A stretch of 63,896 bases of DNA. It comes from Fibrobacteria bacterium (GTDB taxonomy: Bacteria; Fibrobacterota; Fibrobacteria; UBA11236). The position numbers were made by a program, and so were the translations under genes. Under the pieces are notes generated by a model. It saw only the letters and a list, made by a program, of their open reading frames with translations. It had not been told where the DNA came from and did no database searches. The stretch lies in contig JAYTHY010000104.1 in assembly GCA_043732185.1 (NCBI GenBank), forward strand, positions 1-63,896, given 5' to 3'. Each line of letters opens with the position of its first letter. The stretch's first letter is position 1. Below are positions 29,225-39,138 of this stretch, piece after piece.

Positions 29225-29341
29225 GCGCTTCCTGAGGTTGCTCCAGTTCCTCCTGAAAAGGTACCTTTTTTTATCTTTGCGTCCTCACCGTATTGAGAAT
29301 TGCATTGAGGCTCGCCGTCATGGCCAGCACGGAGGTTGGAA

Positions 29342-30538
29342 ATGTCGCAACAAGAAGCCTGGAAGACAATCAGCCGCGGCGCATTGGAAATCATTGATGA
29401 AGACGATCTTCGCAACAAACTTGCTAAGGGTAAGCCGTTGAATATCAAATTAGGCGTGGATCCCACGGCCCCGGATATCCACCTCGGCTTTACCGTGGTC
29501 ATGCGCAAACTCCGGCAATTCCAGGACTTGGGCCATCGGGTGATTCTCATCATCGGCGACTATACGGCCACAGTAGGCGACCCCTCCGGTAAAAACAAGA
29601 CCCGGCCCATTCTTTCCCATGAAGAAGTGCTGCAAAACGCGGAAACCTACAAGCAGCAATTCTTTACCATTGTGGATCCGGAAAAAACCAAGGTGGTTTA
29701 TAATGGGGAGTGGTTTTCCAAGCTCTCCTTTACCGAGACTACCAAACTCATGTCCCAGATCACGGTAGCTCAAATGCTGGAACGCGATGATTTCCAAAAG
29801 CGCTATCGCGGCGGCCAGCCCATCAGCTTGCATGAATTTCTGTATCCCATGATGCAGGCCTACGATTCCGTTATGATCGATGCCGATGTGGAACTAGGTG
29901 GCATGGATCAAAAGTTCAACGTCCTCCGTGGCCGCGAGCTCCAGCGCAGTCTGGGCAAGGAGCCGCAGGTAGGGCTGTTCATGCCTATTCTACTGGGAAC
30001 CGACGGCAAGGAAAAGATGAGCAAAAGCCTGGGTAATTATATCGGCGTTACAGAAGCCCCGCAATCCATGTACCATAAATTGTACGCACTGGCGGATTCC
30101 CAAGTTGAAAGTTACTTGCAGCTGCTTACCGACCTGCCTCTCGAAGACATTCAGAATCGTTTGGCCGACGTTGCTGCCGGGAAGCTCAATCCTAACGATC
30201 TCAAAGGGGAGCTGGCCCGCATTATTGTGGGTCAATACCACGGTGCAGATGCTGCGGAAAAGGCTGCCGCTCAAGAACGGAAAATCCATAGCGGAGAAGC
30301 GCTGCCGGAAAACATTCCGGAATTAAAACTGCCCTCTGGTGAATACTGGTTGCCGGAGCTCCTAGTCAAATCCGGCTTAGCCAAGAGCAACGGCGAAGCC
30401 CGGAGGCTTATGGAAAACGGGGGCGTATCCTTTGATGAGGTCAAGATTACGGATGCCAAGGCCAAGGTGAACCTCGTAGGCAACCATTTAGTCAAATGCG
30501 GGAAGCGGAATTTTGTACGCGTTTTGACCGATAGCTGA
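29342..30538 (+). CDS. tyrS: Tyrosine--tRNA ligase
   Basis: GVDPTAPDIHLG, ELGGMDQ, KMSKS, C-terminal S4 domain; RBS GGAGG at 29331. Confidence 0.97.
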   Translation: MSQQEAWKTISRGALEIIDEDDLRNKLAKGKPLNIKLGVDPTAPDIHLGFTVVMRKLRQFQDLGHRVILIIGDYTATVGDPSGKNKTRPILSHEEVLQNAETYKQQFFTIVDPEKTKVVYNGEWFSKLSFTETTKLMSQITVAQMLERDDFQKRYRGGQPISLHEFLYPMMQAYDSVMIDADVELGGMDQKFNVLRGRELQRSLGKEPQVGLFMPILLGTDGKEKMSKSLGNYIGVTEAPQSMYHKLYALADSQVESYLQLLTDLPLEDIQNRLADVAAGKLNPNDLKGELARIIVGQYHGADAAEKAAAQERKIHSGEALPENIPELKLPSGEYWLPELLVKSGLAKSNGEARRLMENGGVSFDEVKITDAKAKVNLVGNHLVKCGKRNFVRVLTDS

Positions 30539-30610
30539 AGTATCGAGTTTGTATTACCGACTGGCTTTTAACTTTTGCCTGTTTACTTCTGTCCTTTTAT
30601 TTCTCTCGTT

Positions 30611-32791
30611 TTATTTCCCTCCTTTTGTTTCGCGCCTTCGCTCCAAAATAAACCGCTGCATTTCCATTAAGGATGGATCTAAATAGTCCTCCAAATCCCT
30701 AACCATCGTTTTCCAATCGACATCGGCATCCTGAACCGATTCCAATTTGAGGCACACATTTCCCATTCGACTTAAGCCCATCATTCGGCATAGCCCTTTT
30801 AAAGTATGGGCGGATTCTCCCATTTCATGGAGGTTGGAGGTCGATGCGGCAGTGCGAATCGTAGTGATGAGCGACTGTGCCGAGTCCCTAAAGAGCTTTA
30901 TGGAATGATCCCAATAATCCGGATTGTGAACCAGGAACCAATCATCCATTTCGCTTAGATAGTTGCTATCCAACCATTCTGCACTTTTTTCCGAGGGTAT
31001 GGTAGGACTGTAAACTTGTTTGACGATAGGAAGCCACAGGGCAAGGACTCGATTAAGTTCCTTGGAAAGAATGGGCTTGGTCAGCACATCATTCATGCCC
31101 GCTTCCAGGCATTTCCCCCGGATTCCTGGCATGGCATCTGCGGTAGCACCGATGATGATGGAGCGTTCGCTGACAAGTGGGAGACGCCGTAAGGATCTTG
31201 TTGCAGTATACCCATCCATTCCCGGCATATGGCAATCCATAAATATTAGTGGGTATGTCAGGTTAGAGCATGCCTCGATGGCTTCCTGCCCACTGCCCAC
31301 CGCGTCAATGTGGTAGTTTAAATGAGCGAGAAAGCCCGCAAGTACTTTTTGATTTAGAGGGTGGTCTTCCACGATTAACAATCTCAGGTCTTTGGGTGAG
31401 GGCAATACAATGGCCGCTTGAGACTTTTCTAAATGGGAAATTTCCGATTTCTCGGTCTGTACAAATGGTATTTGAAAGGAAAAGACACTGCCCAGGCCAA
31501 GTTGACTTTGAAAACCAATGCTACCCCCCATCATTTCCACGATTTGCTTGGAAAGGAAAAGTCCCAACCCCGTGCCCCCGTAACTTCTTGCCGAAGATTC
31601 ATCAGCTTGGGAGAAGGGTTGAAATATTTTTTCGCGTTCGACTTCCGAAATCCCAATTCCGGAATCCCTAATTTCAAAATGAACCAAGACTATCTTTTTT
31701 TCGGTTTCCTTCATGGGTGCCGGACTTTCCGCCCATACTTTCAAATGCACGCCACCTGTATGCGTGAATTTCAGAGCGTTGCCGATTAGATTATTTATGA
31801 TCTGTTTAACCCGATTGGGATCCCCATTCAAATGCACCGGCATATCAGGGGAAACTTCCGTCGTCAGTTTTAACTGCTTTTGCTTGGCCTCGTGCTTAAA
31901 GGGTCGCAAAGCCAAACCGATCCATTCACTAAGATTAAATGGGCTAAGCTCCAACCGCATTTTCCCAGCCTCGATTTTGGACAAATCGAGAACATCGCCG
32001 ATGATCGTCATCAAATCGAGACCGGAAACATGAATGGCTTGGACCAGCTCCTTTTGATCGACCCCCAATTCTGATTTGAGAAGCAGGTTAGACATGCCTA
32101 AGACACCGTTCAGCGGTGTGCGGATTTCATGACTCATGTTGGCCAGGAATTGGCTTTTGGCTTTATCCGCAGCCTTGGCCGTGTCACTGGCATTTGAAAG
32201 TGCCTGTTCTGAACGTCTATTGGCCTGGAAGAAATAAAACACCACAAGAATTTGTCCTACCAAAATCAATAGTAATACGCTGAAGTGGATAAACTTCAGT
32301 TCGCTTTCGGAGGGACCATTTATAGGATTGATTGTGCTTCCAAAAAGTTCAAACACCAAGAGCAGTAGGGAAGCCCAGACCAATCCGAACACAATCGATT
32401 TTCGTTCTTCCCAATCAAAGAGGATTAGCGATACCCAAGCGCATGGAAGTAAAAACAGATGCAACCCCGACTCTTTTCCAAGTACCCACGCTGATCCAAA
32501 AATGGCAGCGCTGGAAAGGGTGATCAAAATGATTCGGGACAGGAATATTCTGCCTTTGCTGTTCATCCAAGGAATGGCAAGGTAGGCCAAAGAGCAAAGC
32601 AATGCCAACCAGCCGAGATTGGACAGTCCAATGACTTGGTAAATAATGAAATAGGGAAAGGAAGCTATGCCCATCAATAAGGCGATTTTATTACTCAGAA
32701 CAACGCGCTTATGTAGGCGCGGGTTCGAGCAATTGGATTCACCAAGATGAGTTAAGGCATGACAAAACTGGAGGAACCGCTTTAAAGCCAT
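30611..32791 (-). CDS. Hybrid histidine kinase (TM sensor possibly MASE7-like, HisKA, HATPase, REC, Hpt)
   Basis: FLANMSHEIRTPLNG, GGTGLGL, IFMDCHMPGMDG, Hpt motif AHTLKG. Confidence 0.93.
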   Translation of the reverse strand: MALKRFLQFCHALTHLGESNCSNPRLHKRVVLSNKIALLMGIASFPYFIIYQVIGLSNLGWLALLCSLAYLAIPWMNSKGRIFLSRIILITLSSAAIFGSAWVLGKESGLHLFLLPCAWVSLILFDWEERKSIVFGLVWASLLLLVFELFGSTINPINGPSESELKFIHFSVLLLILVGQILVVFYFFQANRRSEQALSNASDTAKAADKAKSQFLANMSHEIRTPLNGVLGMSNLLLKSELGVDQKELVQAIHVSGLDLMTIIGDVLDLSKIEAGKMRLELSPFNLSEWIGLALRPFKHEAKQKQLKLTTEVSPDMPVHLNGDPNRVKQIINNLIGNALKFTHTGGVHLKVWAESPAPMKETEKKIVLVHFEIRDSGIGISEVEREKIFQPFSQADESSARSYGGTGLGLFLSKQIVEMMGGSIGFQSQLGLGSVFSFQIPFVQTEKSEISHLEKSQAAIVLPSPKDLRLLIVEDHPLNQKVLAGFLAHLNYHIDAVGSGQEAIEACSNLTYPLIFMDCHMPGMDGYTATRSLRRLPLVSERSIIIGATADAMPGIRGKCLEAGMNDVLTKPILSKELNRVLALWLPIVKQVYSPTIPSEKSAEWLDSNYLSEMDDWFLVHNPDYWDHSIKLFRDSAQSLITTIRTAASTSNLHEMGESAHTLKGLCRMMGLSRMGNVCLKLESVQDADVDWKTMVRDLEDYLDPSLMEMQRFILERRRETKGGK

Positions 32792-32826
32792 GCGTCAAAA
32801 GGTATTAAGCGAAATGCGAAATGGAT

Positions 32827-32857
32827 AAAAAAAAGGAGCCACCTTACGGTGACTCCT
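32827..32857 (-). terminator. Intrinsic terminator of the rpsP-rimM-trmD-rplS operon
   Basis: Minus strand AGGAGTCACC-GTAA-GGTGGCTCCT followed by a U tract. Confidence 0.9.
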
Positions 32858-32871
32858 AAATAAACCAAAAA

Positions 32872-33336
32872 CTAAACGGCTGCGCTGGCTTTAGCGGCTT
32901 TTGCAGCCTTAACTTTGGAGGATTTTGGTGCGGCGGAGGCGGACGGTGCCACGGCCAGGGCTTTGGCTTCAGCAATGCCGGCTTCCGACTTGACGCCGCG
33001 TTCCTTAATGCGGGAAGCTTTGCCGGACAAATCGCGCATGTAGAAAATACGGGCGCGGCGGACCTTGCCGAGGCGGTTCACTTTAATGTCTGCAATGCGA
33101 GGCGAGTGCAGAGGAAAAATTCTTTCCACCGGAATGTTGTTGGAAATTTTCCGGACCGTGAAGGTTTCGGCAACGCCATCTCCACGACGTTGAATGACCA
33201 CGCCAGTGAACGTTTGAATGCGCTCCTTGGCACCTTCGATCACTTTAAAGTCTACGCTAACCGTATCGCCGGCGCGGAATTCGGGAATATCTGTTCGGAG
33301 ATTGCCTCGGTGAATGGCTGCTACTGTAGGATGCAT
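32872..33336 (-). CDS. rplS: 50S ribosomal protein L19 with Ala/Lys-rich tail
   Basis: [32 protein letters not shown]. Confidence 0.98.
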   Translation of the reverse strand: MHPTVAAIHRGNLRTDIPEFRAGDTVSVDFKVIEGAKERIQTFTGVVIQRRGDGVAETFTVRKISNNIPVERIFPLHSPRIADIKVNRLGKVRRARIFYMRDLSGKASRIKERGVKSEAGIAEAKALAVAPSASAAPKSSKVKAAKAAKASAAV

Positions 33337-33355
33337 CTTAATTCCTTTCGTGATT

Positions 33356-34072
33356 CTATTCCAGAATCCGTTTTTCTTCTTCAGTCAAATCCAGCAGGCC
33401 GAACAAGTCCGGGCGATTCCTGCGGGTCAAATCCAGTCCGGCTTTTATACGCCACTTCCGGATATTCTCATGGTGTCCGGAAAGCAGCACTTCGGGAACC
33501 GCCTTGCCTTCGAACTCCTGAGGCCGCGTATACACGGGCCAGCCCAGGCGATTGGGAAGGTAGAAGGAATCGGTTTCCGCCGAAGCCACATCTCCAAGCA
33601 CTCCAGGCAAAAGCCTGGCTATTGCATCGACGATTAGCATAGCGGGAAGTTCACCTCCCGAAACGACATAATCACCCATACTCAGCTCTTCATCTACATA
33701 GGCATCGCAAAATCGCTGATCGACACCTTTATAATGCCCGCAAATGATAAGAAGATTTTCCATTTTGGCCAATTCCTTGGCCCTTTCCTGAGTAAAAACC
33801 TTTCCCTGGGCGCTCATGCACATTATATGCGGTCTAGTTCCCGATTGTGCCAAAACATGGTCTAAGGCCCCTTTTAAAGGCTCTGGACGCAAAACCATGC
33901 CTGCCTCCCCTCCAAAGGGAATATCATCTACCTGACCGTATTTATTGATGGCAAAATCTCGCAATTGGTGAATTTTTAGGTCCAAGGCTTCCATTTTTCT
34001 AGCCCGACCTGGAATCGTGGCGTCTAAGGCTGCAAACATTTCCGGAAAAAGACTGATAATATCAATCCTCAC
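33356..34072 (-). CDS. trmD: tRNA (guanine37-N1)-methyltransferase
   Basis: [35 protein letters not shown]. Confidence 0.97.
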   Translation of the reverse strand: MRIDIISLFPEMFAALDATIPGRARKMEALDLKIHQLRDFAINKYGQVDDIPFGGEAGMVLRPEPLKGALDHVLAQSGTRPHIMCMSAQGKVFTQERAKELAKMENLLIICGHYKGVDQRFCDAYVDEELSMGDYVVSGGELPAMLIVDAIARLLPGVLGDVASAETDSFYLPNRLGWPVYTRPQEFEGKAVPEVLLSGHHENIRKWRIKAGLDLTRRNRPDLFGLLDLTEEEKRILE

Positions 34073-34596
34073 AAAATGTTCCTCAACATGGATAGATCCA
34101 CCTCAACGATTCGCACGACCTTATCCACTTTTTTTACAAAATGATCATTCCAAGGAATGTGGATTTCCTTTTTAGGCGTTGCCACCACTAATAATTCTTG
34201 TGCCCCTTGTTCCAAAACTTCAACCACGCTGCCAATAGTATCTCCATTGATATCGATAACCTTCATGCCAGGCATATCCGAGAGATAAACCATATCCTCA
34301 GGAAGCGGCAATTTATCGGACTCGGGTATCAATAATTGACCCCCGCTCAAATGGGCCACAGCTTCCGGTGTCTTTAGATCTTTGAACTTGAAGTACCAAT
34401 GGTCTGCATCCGCGCGGCTGGACCGGATTTCCAAAAGAATGGGCGCATCTGTGGCGCGTTTACGAAAATAGACGGTGGACAAGGTCGCATGACGGGCAAA
34501 ATCGAAACTAGTCGGTTGAACCTTTACCTCGCCAAATAGACCATAGGGCTTTTGGGTGTATCCGATAAGGATCAGGGAGTCATTGGGCGCAGTCAT
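34069..34596 (-). CDS. rimM: Ribosome maturation factor RimM
   Basis: IGYTQKPYGLFGEVKV and PRC barrel; position between rpsP and trmD. Confidence 0.92.
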   Translation of the reverse strand: MTAPNDSLILIGYTQKPYGLFGEVKVQPTSFDFARHATLSTVYFRKRATDAPILLEIRSSRADADHWYFKFKDLKTPEAVAHLSGGQLLIPESDKLPLPEDMVYLSDMPGMKVIDINGDTIGSVVEVLEQGAQELLVVATPKKEIHIPWNDHFVKKVDKVVRIVEVDLSMLRNIL

Positions 34597-34612
34597 ATAT
34601 TTCAATATTCTG

Positions 34613-34647
34613 GATAAACAAGGGCCCTTCCCCAAAGGAGAAGGGCC
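34613..34647 (-). terminator. Terminator-like hairpin between rpsP and rimM
   Basis: Minus strand GGCCCTTCTCC-TTT-GGGGAAGGGCC then CTTGTTTAT (imperfect U tract). Confidence 0.55.
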
Positions 34648-34712
34648 GAATCTTTAATGGCGAATCAAGTGGCGGGTATGCCCATTGGCCTCCGCAACAA
34701 CTCGACCGATAA

Positions 34713-35138
34713 TTAGGCTGGAGCTGGTGCGGCAGCTTCTGGAGCCGAGGCAGCGGCCTTTGCAGCAGCTTCTTTTGCCTTGGCGATTTCTTCCTTCGCC
34801 TTTTTATGAACCTTAGGTTTGTTCCTTGGCTTCCAGGCAACAATCTTACCGACAGTGTCGGCAGTAGCCTTTCCCGATTTTACCTTGGCCTGCTTGTCCA
34901 TAATTCCCTGATGCTGGAAAAGGGAGCGGACGGTATCCGAAGGCTGAGCGCCCACAGACAGCCATTTGAGAGCGCTAGCCTCGTCGACTTTAACGGTCGG
35001 CGGGTTTTGAGCGGGATCGTAATAGCCGATATGCTGCAGGAATTTTTTGGTTGCGGCTTTGCGCGAGTCCGCAACAGTTATGCGGTAAAAGGGGCGATGG
35101 GTGTGTCCCTGCCGGGACAATCTGATTACAACGGCCAA
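34713..35138 (-). CDS. rpsP: 30S ribosomal protein S16 (long form)
   Basis: IRLSRQG..HRPFYRITVADSR, IGYYDP, GAQPSDTV; TTG start after GGAGGA. Confidence 0.97.
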   Translation of the reverse strand: MAVVIRLSRQGHTHRPFYRITVADSRKAATKKFLQHIGYYDPAQNPPTVKVDEASALKWLSVGAQPSDTVRSLFQHQGIMDKQAKVKSGKATADTVGKIVAWKPRNKPKVHKKAKEEIAKAKEAAAKAAASAPEAAAPAPA

Positions 35139-35248
35139 AAGTAGTCCTCCGTGGAAATTTCCGAGACGGCAAAATTAGCAAGAGATGGGCTTTTTTTAAA
35201 GGTAGCGTCTCGGATTCCATAAAAACGCCTTTTTTTAACCTTGAGAGG

Positions 35249-36142
35249 CTAAAATGGGCGCACAGAAGGGGCTATCCTTGGCGCATTGTGTGGCGCTGCA
35301 GAAGGCTTTCGAATGATGACGCCAGGCTTTACATTTCCGATTAGGAATTGTGTATACCAATCCGGCTCCAGGTTATTGGGGCAGGTTTTTGTTGGATTGG
35401 CATAGTGATATTCCGCATGGCCGGAAATGTTGCTTGTGTAAACGCGGCTTCCATCGTTATTGATAAGAAGCGTGACGGTTTCTGCCAGCTTATTTCCCTT
35501 TAGTACAACGGTATGTTTATCAAGAGCTATGAGGGAAACATCATACCTGGTGCTATCTGCCTGAACAGTTGGTGGAGTATTTATTCCGTTCCACTCGGCG
35601 ATAAATTGTTCCGCGGTCTTGGTGTCGGTTTTTGTATAGAGCATTCCATTTGTGAAAATAACCTGCATGGAATTATAGGCTGAGAAGGTATAGAATTCTG
35701 CTACAAATTTATCTAACTGAATTTTTTCAGCGTCTGTCAAAGTACCAGAAATCACAGTATAACTGAACCCATTCATAGTCCATGTACCCTCCAAGCCAGA
35801 ACCAGAGCCAACCCTCGTGTAAGTGGAAATATTCTGTATGACAGCACCGGAGCCGACTGTATCCAAACCCGGTAATTTTACCGTCATGGTTTGGCCGCTA
35901 ATTTCATAGGTCACCGTATCAGCCGCGGAGGTGTCAATGTAAGGGATCAGTCCATTTGGTCCGCATTCATAGGTGGTATCAAAATTTACCGGGGTAATGA
36001 CTGTGTTACCCACAATTGTATAGGGTCCAACCGTACGTATTACGCCGTCTGAAAGTGGGATGGATCCGGAACCGCTGCTGGTTAAGCAACCCTGGAGACC
36101 GGTTGATATCAGAAAAGTCGCTAGGGTTAGGATACGTTTCAT
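35249..36142 (-). CDS. Lipoprotein of unknown function
   Basis: MKRILTLATFLISTGLQG|C lipobox; Thr-rich beta body with LEGTW. Confidence 0.8.
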   Translation of the reverse strand: MKRILTLATFLISTGLQGCLTSSGSGSIPLSDGVIRTVGPYTIVGNTVITPVNFDTTYECGPNGLIPYIDTSAADTVTYEISGQTMTVKLPGLDTVGSGAVIQNISTYTRVGSGSGLEGTWTMNGFSYTVISGTLTDAEKIQLDKFVAEFYTFSAYNSMQVIFTNGMLYTKTDTKTAEQFIAEWNGINTPPTVQADSTRYDVSLIALDKHTVVLKGNKLAETVTLLINNDGSRVYTSNISGHAEYHYANPTKTCPNNLEPDWYTQFLIGNVKPGVIIRKPSAAPHNAPRIAPSVRPF

Positions 36143-36172
36143 GGATTCGCCTTTGTTGGATTTGAGAACTGG

Positions 36173-37522
36173 CTACCGCATAGGATTATGCTTGCCCATC
36201 ATCTGCTGCATTTTCTTGAGTCCGCCCATTTTACCAGACATGCCCGAAAACTGCTTCATCATTTTTTGCATTTGCTCAAACTGCTTAAGCACCTGGTTGA
36301 CCTCTTGGACGGTTGTACCACTTCCTAATGAAATCCTCCTACGGCGATTACCATCGATGATTTTGGGCAGTTTGCGCTCTTTGATGGTCATGGAGCTCAG
36401 CACCGCTTCTACCCGCACCAGTTGCTTGTCGTCCACTTTGGCATCAGCCATTTTGCCCATGCCGGGAATCATAGCGAGAATATCGGTTAGGGATCCCATT
36501 TTTTTAATCTGACGAAGCTGGTTTAGGAAGTCGTCGAGATCAAATTTATTCTGCTTGAACTTCTTCTCAAGTTTTTTGGCTTCGGTTTCATCGTATATGG
36601 ATTGGGCTTTTTCTACTAGAGTGAGCACGTCACCCATGCCCAGGATACGCGAGGCCATTCGGTCGGGATGGAATATTTCCATGGCATCGGGTCGTTCGCC
36701 GGTGCCTACGTAACGTATAGGCTTCCCGGTAATTGATTTGATGCTGAGCGCCGCGCCACCGCGTGCGTCCCCGTCCATCTTGGTCAGGATGACGCCGGTA
36801 AAGTTGAGGCGATCGTGGAAGGTCTTGGCGACATTCACGGCTTCCTGCCCGGTCATGGCATCGGCTACAAAAAACTTTTCTTGTGGTTTGACCGCAGCCA
36901 CTATGCGGTCCAACTCTTGCATCAACTCCTCATCGATTTGCAAGCGGCCGGCCGTATCATAAATAACCAGGTCATGGGCATTGTCCAGCGCGAACTTTTT
37001 GCCGTTGATGGCAATGCGCACCGGGTCGCCGTCGCCTTCATCGTAAACGGGAATCCCCAGGGACTTGCCGATGATTTTAAGCTGATCGATGGCAGCGGGA
37101 CGGTACACATCGCAAGCTACGAGCAAAGGATTTTTTTTACGGGTGTTGCGCAAGTGGAGGGCGAGCTTTCCGCATGCTGTGGTTTTACCGGAGCCTTGCA
37201 GGCCCATCATCAAGATTTGAAAAGGCGGTGACCCTTGGAACGTGGGCTCTTCCGCTTCGCCGCCCAGTAAGGCTACAAGTTCGTCGTGGATGACCTTGAC
37301 CATGAGTTGGCCGGGGGTTATCGATTGCAGAACCTCCGCCCCAAGGGCCTTTTCCTTGACGGTGTTGATGAAGTCCTTGACGGTTTTAAAGTTGACGTCG
37401 GCGCCAAGCAGTACGATGCGGATTTCGCGGAGGGTTTCGGAAACGTTTTCTTCGGTCAGTTGTGATTGGCCGCGCAGACGTTTGAAAATGCCATCTAGTT
37501 TATCGGTAAGTTGTTCGAACAT
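36173..37522 (-). CDS. ffh: Signal recognition particle protein
   Basis: GLQGSGKTT, DTAGR, TKMDGDARGG, Met-rich M domain. Confidence 0.98.
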   Translation of the reverse strand: MFEQLTDKLDGIFKRLRGQSQLTEENVSETLREIRIVLLGADVNFKTVKDFINTVKEKALGAEVLQSITPGQLMVKVIHDELVALLGGEAEEPTFQGSPPFQILMMGLQGSGKTTACGKLALHLRNTRKKNPLLVACDVYRPAAIDQLKIIGKSLGIPVYDEGDGDPVRIAINGKKFALDNAHDLVIYDTAGRLQIDEELMQELDRIVAAVKPQEKFFVADAMTGQEAVNVAKTFHDRLNFTGVILTKMDGDARGGAALSIKSITGKPIRYVGTGERPDAMEIFHPDRMASRILGMGDVLTLVEKAQSIYDETEAKKLEKKFKQNKFDLDDFLNQLRQIKKMGSLTDILAMIPGMGKMADAKVDDKQLVRVEAVLSSMTIKERKLPKIIDGNRRRRISLGSGTTVQEVNQVLKQFEQMQKMMKQFSGMSGKMGGLKKMQQMMGKHNPMR

Positions 37523-37615
37523 GGGATGAGAAGGTAAAAATTAATGGGCGATAGAAGGTCCTGAGATTCTTGCAGAAACCGGTTTCAAGCTTTAAAATCA
37601 GCTATCTTTTTGGGT

Positions 37616-38292
37616 ATGTTTGAACAAGCTTTTAAAAATATCGACGATGTCCTGTGGAAAGAAGCCGGATGCTCCAGTGAACTGGATTATACCGAGCAAA
37701 CCTCGTGGCTCCTATTCCTGAAATACCTGGATGGCCTGGAGCAGGACAATGCGGATGAAGCTGCCCTGGAGGGCAAGAAATATGCCTACATCTTCGACCA
37801 TATCGAAGCTCTGCGCTTTCGTTCCCAGGCTGAGAAGCACGAGCTCTCGCATCTCTATGAAGCCAAGATCAAGAACATAGGCAATGCCGGACGCAACGGC
37901 GGCGAATACTAAACTCCGCGTCCCCTCATTCGTGCCATCGTCAAAGTAGTGCAGCCGGAGTTGGGTCAAATGGTCTATGACGGGGCGGTTGGTTCCGCTG
38001 GCTTCTTATGCGAAGCCTAGGACTACCTCAAGGAGACTTATCCCAAACGTTCCACCAAGGAAAATCGCATCCTACAAGAGAAGCCCTTCTACAACAGAAA
38101 AAGGCAGATTCGGATAAGAGCTGGAGCGTCGAGGCCAAGGGTATCGACAAGGTTACCTTTGATCTTTCGGTGAAGAATCCCAATGGTGGGGAGGAAGTGG
38201 TTCATCGCAGTCCAGTGGATATCATGGAGGAGATTGCTTTGCTGGATCAATAGAGCACTGAGGTACTGGCAAGGATAAAGGAGCTGTTATGA
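37616..38292 (+). pseudogene. hsdM: Type I RM methyltransferase pseudogene, internally deleted
   Basis: MFEQAFKNIDDVLWKEAGC...; GGEY*TPRPLIR (stop 37910); YDGAVGSAGFLCEA* (38018); frame change near 38100 to the C-terminus (FDLSVKNPN); stop 38251. No NPPF motif. Confidence 0.85.
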
Positions 38293-38543
38293 AACTGTTG
38301 CCGGTTGTATTGGTGATAAACTGTCACCAGTTGAAATTACCGGCTGAAGAGTGGAATTCGCCGACGCTAAAGAGCCTGTCATCCAGAAACACGAAAAAAA
38401 CCCGTTCGATGTCCTCGCCCATGTGGCTTAAATACCGCAACTCCATGGCCGATGCCTTCGCTGACCTTGCAAGGCCGGAAGAGGTCGGTAAGGTTTTCGT
38501 GGGATTTCAAAAGTATCTCTATCAGCTCAGAGCTGTGGCTTGA
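38289..38543 (+). pseudogene. Chimeric remnant: Bro-N-like fragment plus HsdR (EcoEI-type) C-terminal tail
   Basis: VINCHQLKLPA (Bro-N-like) joined to LKYRNSMADAFADLARPEEVGKVFVGFQKYLY. Confidence 0.65.
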
Positions 38544-38582
38544 TAGGTGAATCTTGATCGCATAAATTGTAGCTTCTCAAAT

Positions 38583-39137
38583 ATGAACCCAATCTACACA
38601 ATCCCATTCAAACGCGCCGATGGGTCTGAAACCTCTCTCAATGAGTTTTCTGGCAAAGTAATTCTAATCGTAAATGTGGCTTCCAAATGCGGACTTACAC
38701 CACAGTATACAGGCTTAGAAAAAATCCATAAAAAATATCGTGAACAGGGTTTTTCCGTATTAGGCTTCCCAGCCAATGAATTCAAGGCTCAAGAACCGGG
38801 AACAAATAAAGAAATCCAGGAGTTTTGCCAGCTTAATTACGATGTGACTTTTCCCGTATTTGCAAAATTAGCTGTAAAAGGGCCAAGCCAACACCCGCTT
38901 TATGCTTTTCTCACGCAACACTTCCAAGAAGCATCTAAGACTGGAAATTGGGTTCGTCAATCGCTAAGAAAAATATTTACATCAGTGAGTAACACAGGTG
39001 TTATAGGTGAAATAACCTGGAATTTTGAAAAATTTCTGATCAATCGCAAAGGTGAAATCGTAGCGCGATTTCCACCCGATGTTTTACCGGAAGATCCCGT
39101 ACTCATTGAGGTGATTGAATCCACGCTGCGTGAATAA
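38583..39137 (+). CDS. Cys-type glutathione peroxidase family protein
   Basis: VNVASKCGLTPQY, GFPANEF..QEPG, WNFEKFLI. Confidence 0.95.
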   Translation: MNPIYTIPFKRADGSETSLNEFSGKVILIVNVASKCGLTPQYTGLEKIHKKYREQGFSVLGFPANEFKAQEPGTNKEIQEFCQLNYDVTFPVFAKLAVKGPSQHPLYAFLTQHFQEASKTGNWVRQSLRKIFTSVSNTGVIGEITWNFEKFLINRKGEIVARFPPDVLPEDPVLIEVIESTLRE

Positions 39138-39138
39138 G

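Noticed and set aside
27015..37529. Many 60-200 aa antisense or alternate-frame ORFs over glpK, tyrS, trmD and ffh
   Set aside because: They are shadows of well-supported housekeeping genes with no motifs of their own.
36143..37610. SRP RNA (ffs) near ffh
   Set aside because: No CAGG..GGAA..AGCA domain IV motif in the flanking intergenic sequence.
37910..38253. Stop-codon recoding in hsdM
   Set aside because: Stops are mixed TAA/TAG and come with deletions and a frame change; TAG and TAA terminate normal genes elsewhere in the window.
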